50,358 nt of DNA from Candidatus Saccharimonadia bacterium (lineage in GTDB: Bacteria; Patescibacteriota; Saccharimonadia; CAILAD01; BJGX01): NCBI GenBank assembly GCA_039738615.1, contig JBCLLP010000002.1, positions 1-50,358 on the forward strand, written 5' to 3'. Both the position numbers and the translations under genes were made by a program. This document shows positions 9,553-18,246 of the stretch, piece after piece (positions within the stretch are counted from its first letter, which is position 1; each line of letters starts with the position of its first letter). Below the pieces are notes generated by a model. It saw only the letters and a list, made by a program, of their open reading frames with translations, was not told the DNA's origin and did not search any database.

Positions 9553-10230
9553 TTACAAAAATGTCACTTCACGCCGGGCTTGATTAAGTGCCAAAATGGC
9601 ACGCTCACGAGCCTTTAGGAACTTCTTAGGAGGCGTGTTATCCCCCCAAAACTCGTCCCATTTGACTTGACTGGGATTTACCCATGTCAGTAGGTGCAGA
9701 TGTTGCCACTGACCATTAGCGAAGTTTGCTGAGTATTTTGTGCCTGTCCTGGCATACCCCACACGCTCTAGGGCCTTAAGGCTAGCTACATTGGGGTAGG
9801 CCACATCCGAGTCGATGGCCTTGATGCCAAGAACCTGCTGGGCATAATAGCACCTAGCACGATGGCAATCACTAGCAATGCCCCTACCCCAAGCAGTACG
9901 GTTATAAATAACCATACTAGATAAGCTACGATTATCTTTGATATCATGAAGCCTAGTTGTGCCAATACAAACGCCAATTTGGTCGTTCTTGTCTTGGGTG
10001 GCACAGATTGCCCAGGTTACTGAGCTAGCATCCTGGGCAGCTTTTGTGAGCCATTCCTTTTCCATGGCTGGTGTTAGTGAGCTATTGATCCTTAAGTATT
10101 GGCAAATTTCATAGGATGAAATGCTATTGGCTAGCGTTGTTTCTTCACCATCACGGTAGGGGCGCAGTACGATCCAAAGCTCCTCTCCGTCTTTTGCGGT
10201 AGTCTTTATCTGCATCGGGAATCCAAACAC
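9553..10230 (-). CDS. GNAT-family N-acetyltransferase (RimJ/RimL-like)
   Basis: Acetyl-CoA-binding-type core (...VIYNRTAWGRGIASD...NVASLKALERVGYARTG). GTG start at 10230 with SD GAGGGG 6 nt upstream. The alternative ATG at 10215 has no SD. Confidence 0.75.
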   Translation of the reverse strand: MFGFPMQIKTTAKDGEELWIVLRPYRDGEETTLANSISSYEICQYLRINSSLTPAMEKEWLTKAAQDASSVTWAICATQDKNDQIGVCIGTTRLHDIKDNRSLSSMVIYNRTAWGRGIASDCHRARCYYAQQVLGIKAIDSDVAYPNVASLKALERVGYARTGTKYSANFANGQWQHLHLLTWVNPSQVKWDEFWGDNTPPKKFLKARERAILALNQARREVTFL

Positions 10231-10274
10231 TCGTTACCCCTCATCACTATTAGGTACAAATCTCGTATTTCGAG

Positions 10275-10361
10275 ATCTGGTAAGCCTCCTTATTATTGCG
10301 GATAATTAGCTGGCCGATAATTGTTTCAAAAAACCCCTCCGTGATGGGAGGCTTACCAGAT
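10275..10361 (-). promoter_or_regulatory. Structured element: 15-bp perfect inverted repeat with an internal short hairpin plus T tract (candidate leader/attenuator or small RNA)
   Basis: atctggtaagcctcc (10275-10289) and ggaggcttaccagat (10347-10361) are perfect complements 57 nt apart. On the minus strand, CCTCC-CATCAC-GGAGG-GGTTTTTT forms an alternative terminator-like hairpin using the same arm. Confidence 0.35.
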
Positions 10362-10541
10362 ACCATAATTTTGTTAAGATTAGATCATACGGTAAGCCCT
10401 AGCAAATGGACGCCAAGCACTAAAAAAATCTAGCATCGTGACGATATTTGATAGGTAATAGCTTATTCGTTTCACAATTATATCATCCACTATTATGGTT
10501 ATATTTGCAAATACCTACGCTTCGCAGCTTCATATAAAGCA

Positions 10542-10570
10542 TTGACAAAAGTGCTTATGACGTGTATAAT
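10542..10570 (+). promoter_or_regulatory. Sigma-70 promoter TTGACA-N17-TATAAT
   Basis: TTGACAaaagtgcttatgacgtgTATAAT, 27 nt upstream of the ATG at 10598. Confidence 0.6.
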
Positions 10571-10597
10571 AGCCAAATTATCTAAAGTATATATATT

Positions 10598-11617
10598 ATG
10601 CAAACAGAGTTAACACCCAAGCAGCAGGCTAGCGAATTAATTAAGCAAGCCCAAAATATCCTTATAATCACTGGCCGCCAACCTAGCAATGATCAGCTAT
10701 CGGCTGCTATTGCCACGCAACGAGTTATAAATAAGCTCCAAAAGCAGGCCAGTATAGTCATTACCGATGCTCTGCCAGAGGCAGCCAAGCTTTATGACAC
10801 GCAGTTTATAAACCGCGATATACAGGGCGTGCGTGATTTTATTATAAGTGTTGATATGCACTCGGTAGTAGTAGATAAGCTCAAATATAATGTTGAAGGC
10901 GAGCGACTTGATGTAACTATAACCCCCCTCAATGGCAACCTTGATAGTAAGGATGTAACTTTCAAACAAGGCGCTTTTAGATTTGATTTGGTAATCACTC
11001 TTGGTGTGCCTCAATTTGATAAGCTTGATAAGATAGTAGAGCAAGACCCAACTATATTTGATGGCCTACACCTTATTAATATTGATTACCATCGCATTAA
11101 TCAGGATTATGGCAGTGTTAATTACATTGATGCAAATGCCAGCTCAGTTTGCGAAATGCTAGTATCACTTTTTGAATCATTAGAGCAGGGCATAGTAGAT
11201 GAATCAATTGCCACCGCCCTATATACCGGCATTACTACTGCGACCCATAATTTTACTATTCCCGCCACGACTGCTAAGGCCATGACCGTAGCTGCTCAGA
11301 TGCTTGCAGCTGGCGCTAAAATGCAAGAGATAGTCAAGGTAATGCAAGCTAGTAATAATCAACCCAGCACTACCACCCAACCAGCAAGTAAGCCTTATAA
11401 TAACCCTAGCCCTCAGGCTAGTGCTAAACCAACAGCCAGTATTAGCAATACTCCTTTGGCTGCAATAAAGGCTCCCGACGAGTCAGCCCCGACTACCATT
11501 AAGGAAGCTCTAGAAGAAGCTCAAAAGCAAATTATGAGTCAGCCGGAACAATCACAACAAGGCTCAAAAAAAAACCTCAATCCTGGGCTAAAGGACAGTT
11601 CCAAGCCCCAGAGCTAA
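10598..11617 (+). CDS. DHH-family (NrnA-like) protein with degenerate catalytic motifs and a low-complexity C-terminal tail
   Basis: It aligns by eye to NrnA: motif I RQPSNDQLSA (DxD becomes SxD), motif II SVDMH, motif III IDYHRIN (DHH becomes DYH), motif IV GITTATHNF (GDTG lost). It occupies the conserved position upstream of truB-rpsO-pnp. The last ~95 aa are Q/P/S-rich. Confidence 0.6.
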   Translation: MQTELTPKQQASELIKQAQNILIITGRQPSNDQLSAAIATQRVINKLQKQASIVITDALPEAAKLYDTQFINRDIQGVRDFIISVDMHSVVVDKLKYNVEGERLDVTITPLNGNLDSKDVTFKQGAFRFDLVITLGVPQFDKLDKIVEQDPTIFDGLHLINIDYHRINQDYGSVNYIDANASSVCEMLVSLFESLEQGIVDESIATALYTGITTATHNFTIPATTAKAMTVAAQMLAAGAKMQEIVKVMQASNNQPSTTTQPASKPYNNPSPQASAKPTASISNTPLAAIKAPDESAPTTIKEALEEAQKQIMSQPEQSQQGSKKNLNPGLKDSSKPQS

Positions 11618-11723
11618 GCGCCGGACCTTTCCAGGGAAGACTAGGTCCTAGCACAGCCAAATAAATCTGGCTTTAGGCATCCTAGAAATTAGCCAAAAGT
11701 ATTTATCAAGTTATATAATTGGT

Positions 11724-11729
11724 TACAAT
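11724..11729 (+). promoter_or_regulatory. -10-like TACAAT, 7 nt before the truB ATG (leaderless-type)
   Basis: ggtTACAATaggtattATG. Confidence 0.35.
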
Positions 11730-11736
11730 AGGTATT

Positions 11737-12375
11737 ATGGATATTAAAAAAGACGGGTTGTACCTCATAAATAAGCCCCGCGGGCGTAGTTCTTTTAGTA
11801 TTGTTGCCCAGGTCCGTAGAGTTAGTGGAATTAGCAAAGTTGGACACGCTGGTACGCTCGACCCCGAGGCTCAGGGATTACTAATTGTATTGGTGGGTAA
11901 GGATTTTACGCGTCAGGCCGAGCAATATAGCAAACTTGATAAAACATACCAATTCCAAATAAAGCTTGGCGAATTCTCTACTACTGACGATCAGGAAGGT
12001 GAGAAGACTTTAGTATCCAAGATTGAGCCCACTAAGGCCCAAATTAAATCATTAATAGTGTCTATGACTGGGCAAATCACCCAAACCCCACCAGTCTATT
12101 CGGCTATCAAAATATCTGGGCAGAGAGCCTATAAACTAGCCCGCAAAGGTCAAAAGATAGATATGCCTACCCGAGAAGTTACCATTAGTAGCTTTAAGCT
12201 CCTAGACTATAGCTATCCGTTGATTTTGCTAGAGGTTGATGTTAGCTCTGGGACTTATATTCGCTCCCTAGCCAGGAGTATTGGCAATTCACTGGCAACT
12301 GGCGCATATTGCACACAAATAGTGCGCACACGAATAGGGCAATTTAGCCTTGCTGATGCCAAGGATATTGATTAA
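11737..12375 (+). CDS. truB: tRNA pseudouridine-55 synthase TruB
   Basis: GLYLINKPRGRSS and the catalytic motif GHAGTLDPEAQGLLIVLVG. I prefer the ATG at 11737 over the TTG at 11719. Confidence 0.9.
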   Translation: MDIKKDGLYLINKPRGRSSFSIVAQVRRVSGISKVGHAGTLDPEAQGLLIVLVGKDFTRQAEQYSKLDKTYQFQIKLGEFSTTDDQEGEKTLVSKIEPTKAQIKSLIVSMTGQITQTPPVYSAIKISGQRAYKLARKGQKIDMPTREVTISSFKLLDYSYPLILLEVDVSSGTYIRSLARSIGNSLATGAYCTQIVRTRIGQFSLADAKDID

Positions 12376-12405
12376 TCATCTCAATTCTGCTATTATACTT
12401 GGAGT

Positions 12406-12672
12406 ATGATTCAAAAAACTATAAAAGCTAAAGTAATGAAGGATAATGGCTTGCATGCTAAAGATACCGGTTCTGCCGAAGTTCAGGTTGCCTTATTTAC
12501 TGAAAACATCAAGCAGTTAACAGGCCACCTCAAGACTCACAAGAAGGACAACCACTCCAGACGAGGACTTTTGGCAATGGTTAGTAAGCGTCGCCGTCTG
12601 CTTGATTACCTTAGCAAAAAAGACCACCAGCGCTATGAAGCACTCGTGAAAAGTCTTCAGCTTCGCCGATAG
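12406..12672 (+). CDS. rpsO: 30S ribosomal protein S15
   Basis: ...[49 protein letters not shown]... SD GGAG upstream. Confidence 0.95.
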   Translation: MIQKTIKAKVMKDNGLHAKDTGSAEVQVALFTENIKQLTGHLKTHKKDNHSRRGLLAMVSKRRRLLDYLSKKDHQRYEALVKSLQLRR

Positions 12673-12753
12673 TTGTATGGACTCGTTCCTTATAATTTAA
12701 TAATAATATTTAAGTATGGGATTTTAAGATAGTTTGTATTAGTTACGGAACGG

Positions 12754-12777
12754 ATTGATCATTAGAGCTTGATCAAT
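12754..12777 (+). promoter_or_regulatory. 8-bp hairpin in the rpsO-pnp intergenic leader
   Basis: attgatca-ttagagct-tgatcaat. Its position matches the pnp autoregulatory leader known in other bacteria. Confidence 0.3.
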
Positions 12778-12836
12778 TAATTCTGAAACTAACATAACTC
12801 CGAATTTGCTGAAACATTTAAGAAAGGTATAATAAT

Positions 12837-14972
12837 ATGGATATAATTCATCCTTTTGGAGGTAAGACCTCCACATTTGAAACAGATTTTGCTGGCAAGA
12901 AACTATCAATAGTTACCGGTAATATGGCATTTAGAGCCGACGGTGCTGTAACGGTTCGTTATGGTGACACAATGGTTTTAGCTACTGCCGTGGTAGAGGC
13001 TAAACCTCGTCCCGAGACAGATTTTTTTCCGTTACTCATTGATTTTGAGGAGCGTTGGTATGCGTCTGGCAAGATATCTGGCAGTAGGTATGTTAAGCGA
13101 GAAGGCCGGCCTTCAGACAAGTCAGTATTAACATCACGGCTTATAGATCGACCGATACGCCCACTATTTCCTAGGGGCTATCGTAATGATGTTCAGGTAG
13201 TCGTAACAGTCCTAAGTACCGATTTAGAGCACCAGCCTGATATTATTGCTATTATTGCCGCCTCTACGGCATTACTACTGGCTGGCGCACCCTTTGAGGG
13301 TCCTGTTGCAGCCGCTAGGATAGGCCAAGTTGCCGGCAAGCTAGTAGTGAACCCCACCACCTCGGAGCAGGCCGATAGTAATCTTAACCTTACTGTAGCT
13401 GGCACCAAAGACGCCATTATGATGGTTGAGTCAATGGCTCAAGAAGTACCCGAGGAAGTTATTTTGGCTGGTTTTAAGCTGGCTGTGGAGTCTTGGCAAC
13501 CAGTGATAGAGCTTCAGAATAAAATGGTTAAGGATTTGGATATTAAGCCAAAGGAGTTTGAGCTATTCACTCCAAGCCAAGAAGTCCAGGATATTATATA
13601 TGAGTACCTTAAGGATCGCCTGGGCGATAGAGTTCGACACGCCGATAAGACCAAACGTCACGAGGCAATAGAAGAGCTACATGCCGAGGTTTTGGCAGAG
13701 TTTGGGCTTTTACCAGATGAGGTTAGTGATGATGGCAAACAGCGCTATGGCCATCCAGACATTGAGTTAGCTTTTGAAAAGATTATAGATAAGGAAATAA
13801 GACGAGCAATCCTAGACGAATCTACACGCCCCGATAATCGCGCCACCACAGAGATACGCCCACTCAGTATGCAAGTAGGTATGATACCCAGAACTCATGG
13901 TAGTGGGCTATTTACTCGTGGAGCCACGCAGGCCCTAACGCTTACAACCCTAGCTCCAGCGGGGGCTGCTTTAATGGTTGAATCTATGGATGAGGATACC
14001 GAAAAGTTCTATATGCACCACTATAATTTCCCACCCTATTCTACCGGCGAGGCCCGACCGATGCGCTCTACTGGCCGTCGCGAGATAGGCCACGGATATT
14101 TAGCGGAGCGAGCATTATTGCCTGTTATTCCTGCTAAAGAAGATTTTCCATACACCATAAGAGTGGTTTCAGAGATGCTTAGCAGTGCTGGTTCTACCTC
14201 TATGGCAGCGACATGTGGTAGTACTTTGAGCCTAATGGATGCTGGCGTACCACTTATACGCCCAGTTAGCGGAATTGCTATGGGGCTAATGGTCAATCAC
14301 GATAAGCCTAGCGAATATGTGATACTTACCGATATCCAGGATGCCGAAGATTTTGCTGGAGATATGGACTTTAAGGTGGCTGGAACTTCCGAGGGCATTA
14401 CAGCCTTACAGATGGATATTAAGCTCAAGGGCTTATCACTAGAGATATTAAAAGCCGCACTTGAACAAAGCAAGCTAGGACGCAGCCAAATACTAGCAAG
14501 TATGCTCAAGGTTATAGCCAGTCCTCGCGCTGATCTTAGCCCATACGCACCACGCATTACTAAGCTTCAAATTAACCCTGACAAGATTCGAGAGGTTATA
14601 GGCAGGGGCGGTGAGACTATCCAGCGCATTACTGCCGAGACAGGTGTGGATATTGATATTGAAGATTCAGGGCTTATAATGATATCAAGTTCTGATGCAT
14701 CAGCAGCACTGGTCGCCAAGGAGATGATAGAGGCCATAGTAATGGAGCCAGAGGTAGGGAAGACCTATAATGGTACAGTTATTAAGGTTATGGACTTTGG
14801 TGCATTTGTAGAGATATTGCCCGGCAAAGAAGGAATGGTTCATATTAGCCAAATTCGCAAAGAACGAGTAGAGGATATCCGCAAAGAGCTTAGCGAGGGT
14901 GATGAAGTTAAGGTTAAATTAACCGAGATAGACGATAGGGGTAGGCTAAACCTTTCTATGAAGGATGTATAA
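12837..14972 (+). CDS. pnp: Polyribonucleotide nucleotidyltransferase (PNPase)
   Basis: Two RNase PH domains, a KH domain (IREVIGRGGETIQRI) and an S1 domain (GTVIKVMDFGAFVEILPGKEGMVHISQI). 711 aa. Confidence 0.95.
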   Translation: MDIIHPFGGKTSTFETDFAGKKLSIVTGNMAFRADGAVTVRYGDTMVLATAVVEAKPRPETDFFPLLIDFEERWYASGKISGSRYVKREGRPSDKSVLTSRLIDRPIRPLFPRGYRNDVQVVVTVLSTDLEHQPDIIAIIAASTALLLAGAPFEGPVAAARIGQVAGKLVVNPTTSEQADSNLNLTVAGTKDAIMMVESMAQEVPEEVILAGFKLAVESWQPVIELQNKMVKDLDIKPKEFELFTPSQEVQDIIYEYLKDRLGDRVRHADKTKRHEAIEELHAEVLAEFGLLPDEVSDDGKQRYGHPDIELAFEKIIDKEIRRAILDESTRPDNRATTEIRPLSMQVGMIPRTHGSGLFTRGATQALTLTTLAPAGAALMVESMDEDTEKFYMHHYNFPPYSTGEARPMRSTGRREIGHGYLAERALLPVIPAKEDFPYTIRVVSEMLSSAGSTSMAATCGSTLSLMDAGVPLIRPVSGIAMGLMVNHDKPSEYVILTDIQDAEDFAGDMDFKVAGTSEGITALQMDIKLKGLSLEILKAALEQSKLGRSQILASMLKVIASPRADLSPYAPRITKLQINPDKIREVIGRGGETIQRITAETGVDIDIEDSGLIMISSSDASAALVAKEMIEAIVMEPEVGKTYNGTVIKVMDFGAFVEILPGKEGMVHISQIRKERVEDIRKELSEGDEVKVKLTEIDDRGRLNLSMKDV

Positions 14973-15041
14973 GATAAGCCAACTAATTGTCAGTCCAGAA
15001 TCTGCTATTGCTTTTCTAGCATGGCAGGACTGGGGGGATAA

Positions 15042-15641
15042 ATGAAATTTAAGCAAAGACAAGCTAGCTTGGATGCTATCGCTAAATCAATTACTGATAG
15101 AGAGATAGATATCAAAATAGCCAAGACATGCCTAAACCCCGTACCTGGCGAAGGTAACCCCAACGCCAAACTAATATTTATAGGAGAAGCGCCAGGAGCC
15201 GATGAAGACAAGCACGGGCGGCCATTTATCGGTGCCAGCGGTAAGTTTTTAGCAGAGATGCTTAACTCAATTGGTATGGAACGCCAGCAAGTGTATATAA
15301 CCAATATAGTTAAGTTTCGCCCACCTGATAACCGCGATCCTAGGCCTAGCGAAATCAAGGCATGCCTACCAGTGCTAATTAATCAGATAAATGTAATTAA
15401 GCCTAGCTTAATTGTGCTTTTAGGAAGACATGCTATGAATGTGTTCTTCCCAAAGCTTAAGATTAGTGAAGCTCACGGAGAGTACATTACTTCGAGTGTT
15501 AAGCTGGCTAATAGCTCAATAATATCGAGTACATTTTTGCCTCTATATCACCCAGCCGCCGCCCTTTATAATGGCTCAATGCGCAAGACTCTGCTGCGGG
15601 ATTTTGCTACAATTCCCCAAATACTAGAATTAATCAATTAA
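15042..15641 (+). CDS. Uracil-DNA glycosylase, family 4
   Basis: GEGNPNAKLIFIGEAPGADEDKHGRPFIGASGKFL and the C-terminal LYHPAAALY motif. SD GGGGGGA. Confidence 0.85.
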   Translation: MKFKQRQASLDAIAKSITDREIDIKIAKTCLNPVPGEGNPNAKLIFIGEAPGADEDKHGRPFIGASGKFLAEMLNSIGMERQQVYITNIVKFRPPDNRDPRPSEIKACLPVLINQINVIKPSLIVLLGRHAMNVFFPKLKISEAHGEYITSSVKLANSSIISSTFLPLYHPAAALYNGSMRKTLLRDFATIPQILELIN

Positions 15642-15664
15642 TAATTAAAAAATAAGAAAGGATA

Positions 15665-15670
15665 TATTAT
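15665..15670 (+). promoter_or_regulatory. -10-like TATTAT, 6 nt before the RNase J ATG (leaderless-type)
   Basis: gatataTTATaaagatATG (TATTAT at 15665-15670). Confidence 0.3.
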
Positions 15671-15676
15671 AAAGAT

Positions 15677-17794
15677 ATGTCAAAAGATGATTTAAAAAGC
15701 CGTCCATTAACGGTTAACGATTTAGGGCTTAGTCAGCCTCAAGGCTCAAAGACTAACAATAACTATAGGGCTACTACGCCTCCCACCAGGCCAGCAGCCC
15801 AAAATACTAATAATGGCCCCAGCCCAAGCCCAAACCCAAACTCAAGCCCCAGCCCAAACCCAAACTCAAACCCAAACTCAAACCCAAACCCAAACCCAAA
15901 CCCAAACCCCAGCCTCCAACAGCCCCGAGGAAATGGTGCAGGCCATAGAGCTAATCGCAATAATGCCAATAATAAAGATAAGCGACTTCGTGGCAACGGC
16001 GGAAATAACAAAAGACGCTTTGATAGCCGTCCTACCAAGTACGCCGTAGGGAGCTTTAATCAATTCGGCAAACCAGCAGCTAAAAAGTCAGTAGGTTTAG
16101 CCAAGATTGACGCCGGCAAGCTCAAAATAATCCCACTCGGTGGATTAAACCAAATTGGTAAAAACATTATGGCATTAGAGTATGAGGACGATATTATCAT
16201 TATGGACATGGGATTTTCGTTTCCTAACGAAGACCAGCCCGGAATAGATCTCGTTGTACCAGATGTAACTTACCTAGAAGAGCGTAAGCACAAGATTCGT
16301 GGCATCGTTATAACTCATGCTCACGAGGATCATGTGGGTGGTATTCCATTTTTACTACCCAAGGTACCGGCTCCTATTTATGCCCCGCTTTTTACGGTTA
16401 AATTCATTGAACGCAAGCTCGAGGAATACCACCTAGATTTCAAGCCAGAAATACACACCATCAACCAAGACAACCACGACAAAATTCAGCTTGGTGTATT
16501 CTCTGTAGAGTTTATAAGGGTTACTCACTCTATCCCAGATGCTTGTGCGTTGGCTATTCACACCCCTGTGGGTACCATTATCAATACTGGCGATTGGCGA
16601 TTCGAGGAAGACCCCATAGATGGCAAGCCTTCAGATAAGACTCGCCTTAAGGAAATTGGCGATGAGGGTGTGCTAATGCTTATGTGCGATTCCACTAATT
16701 GCGAGCAGGTAGGTCGTACGCCAACCGAGCGTGAGATTGTTGCAACCATCGATGAAATACTAGTCCGCAATTACAATAAGCGTGCCATTATAGCATCGTT
16801 TTCTAGTCAGATTACGCGTATGCAAATTATTATAGATGCCGTAGCTAAGTCGCACCGTAAGCTGGTAGTAGTAGGGCGAAGTATGCTTAATAACCTCGAG
16901 CTAGCAGTAAAGCTTGGATATATTAAGATTCCACCTGGTCTGTTAGTGAAGGCCCAGGAAATGAAAAAATACCCCGATAATGAGCTAGTAATACTTACCA
17001 CTGGCTCACAGGGTGAGGAGTTTTCTGCCCTGCAGCGTATGGGTAATGGCGAGCATAAGGACGTAAAGCTCAAAAAAGGTGATGTAATAATCCTTTCATC
17101 ATCTATTATCCCAGGCAACGAAAAGACTGTTTGGGGTATGGTTGATAATTTGTTTCGCTGGGGTACTTATGTATATCAGTCAGCCACTAGAGAGATTGAT
17201 GATTTGGGTATATTCCATATATCAGGGCATGCTAATGTTGATGAAGTTAAAGAGATGTTGGAGCTAGTAAGGCCAAAGTATTACTTGCCAATCCATGGCG
17301 AGCTGCATCATATGGTACATAATGCCAAGATTGCCACCGATATGGGCTATGGCGAAAAGAACGTTTTTGTTGTTGAAAACGGCCAGACTATTGATGTAAC
17401 TAAGGAAGGCGCTAAGCTTGGCTCTAAGGTCCAGTCTGGAGATGTTCTCATAGATGGCGCTGGTATTGGCGATGTTCAGGAAATTGTCCTTAAAGACCGC
17501 CTAGCTATGAGTAGTGATGGGGTGTTTATGGTCATTGCCACCATCAATAAAAAGACCGGCCAGCTAGCTACTAGTCCAGATGTTATAAGCCGTGGGTTTA
17601 TCTATGTCAAAGACAATGCCGAGTTGCTCAATAACTCCCGCAAGATTGTCAAAAACATCTTTGCTAGTAAGAGTCCAGGCGTACCAGCAAACTCACCAAT
17701 CTTTAAGGCCCGCATGCGTGATGAGCTCAGTAACTATCTATATAAAGTTACCAAGCGTAATCCAATTGTGCTGCCAGTAATTATTGAGGTCTAA
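15677..17794 (+). CDS. rnj: Ribonuclease J with a ~150-aa disordered N-terminal extension
   Basis: Metallo-beta-lactamase/beta-CASP core (GIVITHAHEDHVGGIPFLL, ...HISGHA...) preceded by an N/P/S/G/R-rich region. Confidence 0.9.
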   Translation: MSKDDLKSRPLTVNDLGLSQPQGSKTNNNYRATTPPTRPAAQNTNNGPSPSPNPNSSPSPNPNSNPNSNPNPNPNPNPSLQQPRGNGAGHRANRNNANNKDKRLRGNGGNNKRRFDSRPTKYAVGSFNQFGKPAAKKSVGLAKIDAGKLKIIPLGGLNQIGKNIMALEYEDDIIIMDMGFSFPNEDQPGIDLVVPDVTYLEERKHKIRGIVITHAHEDHVGGIPFLLPKVPAPIYAPLFTVKFIERKLEEYHLDFKPEIHTINQDNHDKIQLGVFSVEFIRVTHSIPDACALAIHTPVGTIINTGDWRFEEDPIDGKPSDKTRLKEIGDEGVLMLMCDSTNCEQVGRTPTEREIVATIDEILVRNYNKRAIIASFSSQITRMQIIIDAVAKSHRKLVVVGRSMLNNLELAVKLGYIKIPPGLLVKAQEMKKYPDNELVILTTGSQGEEFSALQRMGNGEHKDVKLKKGDVIILSSSIIPGNEKTVWGMVDNLFRWGTYVYQSATREIDDLGIFHISGHANVDEVKEMLELVRPKYYLPIHGELHHMVHNAKIATDMGYGEKNVFVVENGQTIDVTKEGAKLGSKVQSGDVLIDGAGIGDVQEIVLKDRLAMSSDGVFMVIATINKKTGQLATSPDVISRGFIYVKDNAELLNNSRKIVKNIFASKSPGVPANSPIFKARMRDELSNYLYKVTKRNPIVLPVIIEV
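15815..15910 (+). repeat. In-frame hexanucleotide (AACCCA / AACTCA / AGCCCA) tandem tract inside rnj
   Basis: ...ccaaacccaaactcaaacccaaactcaaacccaaacccaaacccaaacccaaacccc..., encoding PSPSPNPNSSPSPNPNSNPNSNPNPNPNPNPS. Confidence 0.85.
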
Positions 17795-17882
17795 AATCTC
17801 ATAAAGCGATAGTTAGGTATTGTTGATTTGGTGCGTGTTGATTATTCACACATCGTCTTGCATCTTTTATAGCTTTGCTGTA

Positions 17883-18062
17883 TTACTTCTTTGGTCGTGT
17901 ACTGTGGGCGTAGATTAGATTGACTACCACAAATGGCGTAAACATCACTATACTAATAACACTCCACGTTATCTCGGCTTGTGTCTGGCTGGTCAGAGCT
18001 ATTATGTTAAGTCCCAATAGCCCTACCAAAATATAGTTTAATACTAATACTGCTGTTCTCAT
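17883..18062 (-). CDS. Small two-TM membrane protein, paralog B (59 aa from MRTAV...)
   Basis: MRTAVLVLNYILVGLLGLNIIALTSQ...FTPFVVVNLIYAHSTRPKK is a clear paralog of the adjacent ORF. Its start is 1 nt after the upstream stop. Confidence 0.5.
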   Translation of the reverse strand: MRTAVLVLNYILVGLLGLNIIALTSQTQAEITWSVISIVMFTPFVVVNLIYAHSTRPKK

Positions 18063-18063
18063 C

Positions 18064-18246
18064 TTAATCCTTTTTTGGTCGCATACTATGTGCATACACT
18101 AGATTTACTACTACTATTGGTGTTAGGATTACTAACAACATAACACCGCCCTGTACCTCTGTGAACTCTGGTCCTGTCATAATGATTAACATCAACCCAA
18201 GTAACCCTACTAAAATATAATTCAACACCAATGTCACTTTTCTCAT
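18064..18246 (-). CDS. Small two-TM membrane protein, paralog A (60 aa)
   Basis: MRKVTLVLNYILVGLLGLMLIIMTGPEF...LTPIVVVNLVYAHSMRPKKD: two hydrophobic helices and a basic C-terminus. Confidence 0.5.
   Translation of the reverse strand: MRKVTLVLNYILVGLLGLMLIIMTGPEFTEVQGGVMLLVILTPIVVVNLVYAHSMRPKKD

Noticed and set aside
10275-10361. The inverted repeat as a MITE (15-bp terminal inverted repeats around a 57-bp core).
   Set aside because: There is no flanking target-site duplication (cgag versus acca), and I saw no second copy of the arms elsewhere in the window. A whole-genome copy count would be needed to exclude this fully.
10250-10366. A 38-codon ORF on the minus strand spanning the inverted repeat (MVSGKPPITEGFFETIIGQLIIRNNKEAYQISKYEICT), possibly an antitoxin for a GNAT toxin.
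   Set aside because: It has no SD or -10-adjacent start, and its coding would be constrained by a perfect 15-bp palindromic pair. The GNAT is RimJ/L-sized, larger than the roughly 160-175 aa I recall for TacT/AtaT-type toxins, and I recall known GNAT antitoxins as larger RHH/DUF1778 proteins of roughly 90 aa.
12828-12839. pnp as another leaderless gene (TATAAT at 12828, ATG at 12837).
   Set aside because: The spacing is only 3 nt, too short for initiation at the ATG. An AAAGG SD 9 nt upstream and a structured rpsO-pnp leader fit a conventional leadered mRNA.
15763-16063. Three overlapping ORFs in the track (91 aa, 78 aa and 61 aa) over the start of rnj.
   Set aside because: They are artefacts of the hexanucleotide repeat, which stays open in several frames and on both strands. 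Their translations are pure low-complexity sequence (GFGFGF / TQTQTQ / VWVWVW).
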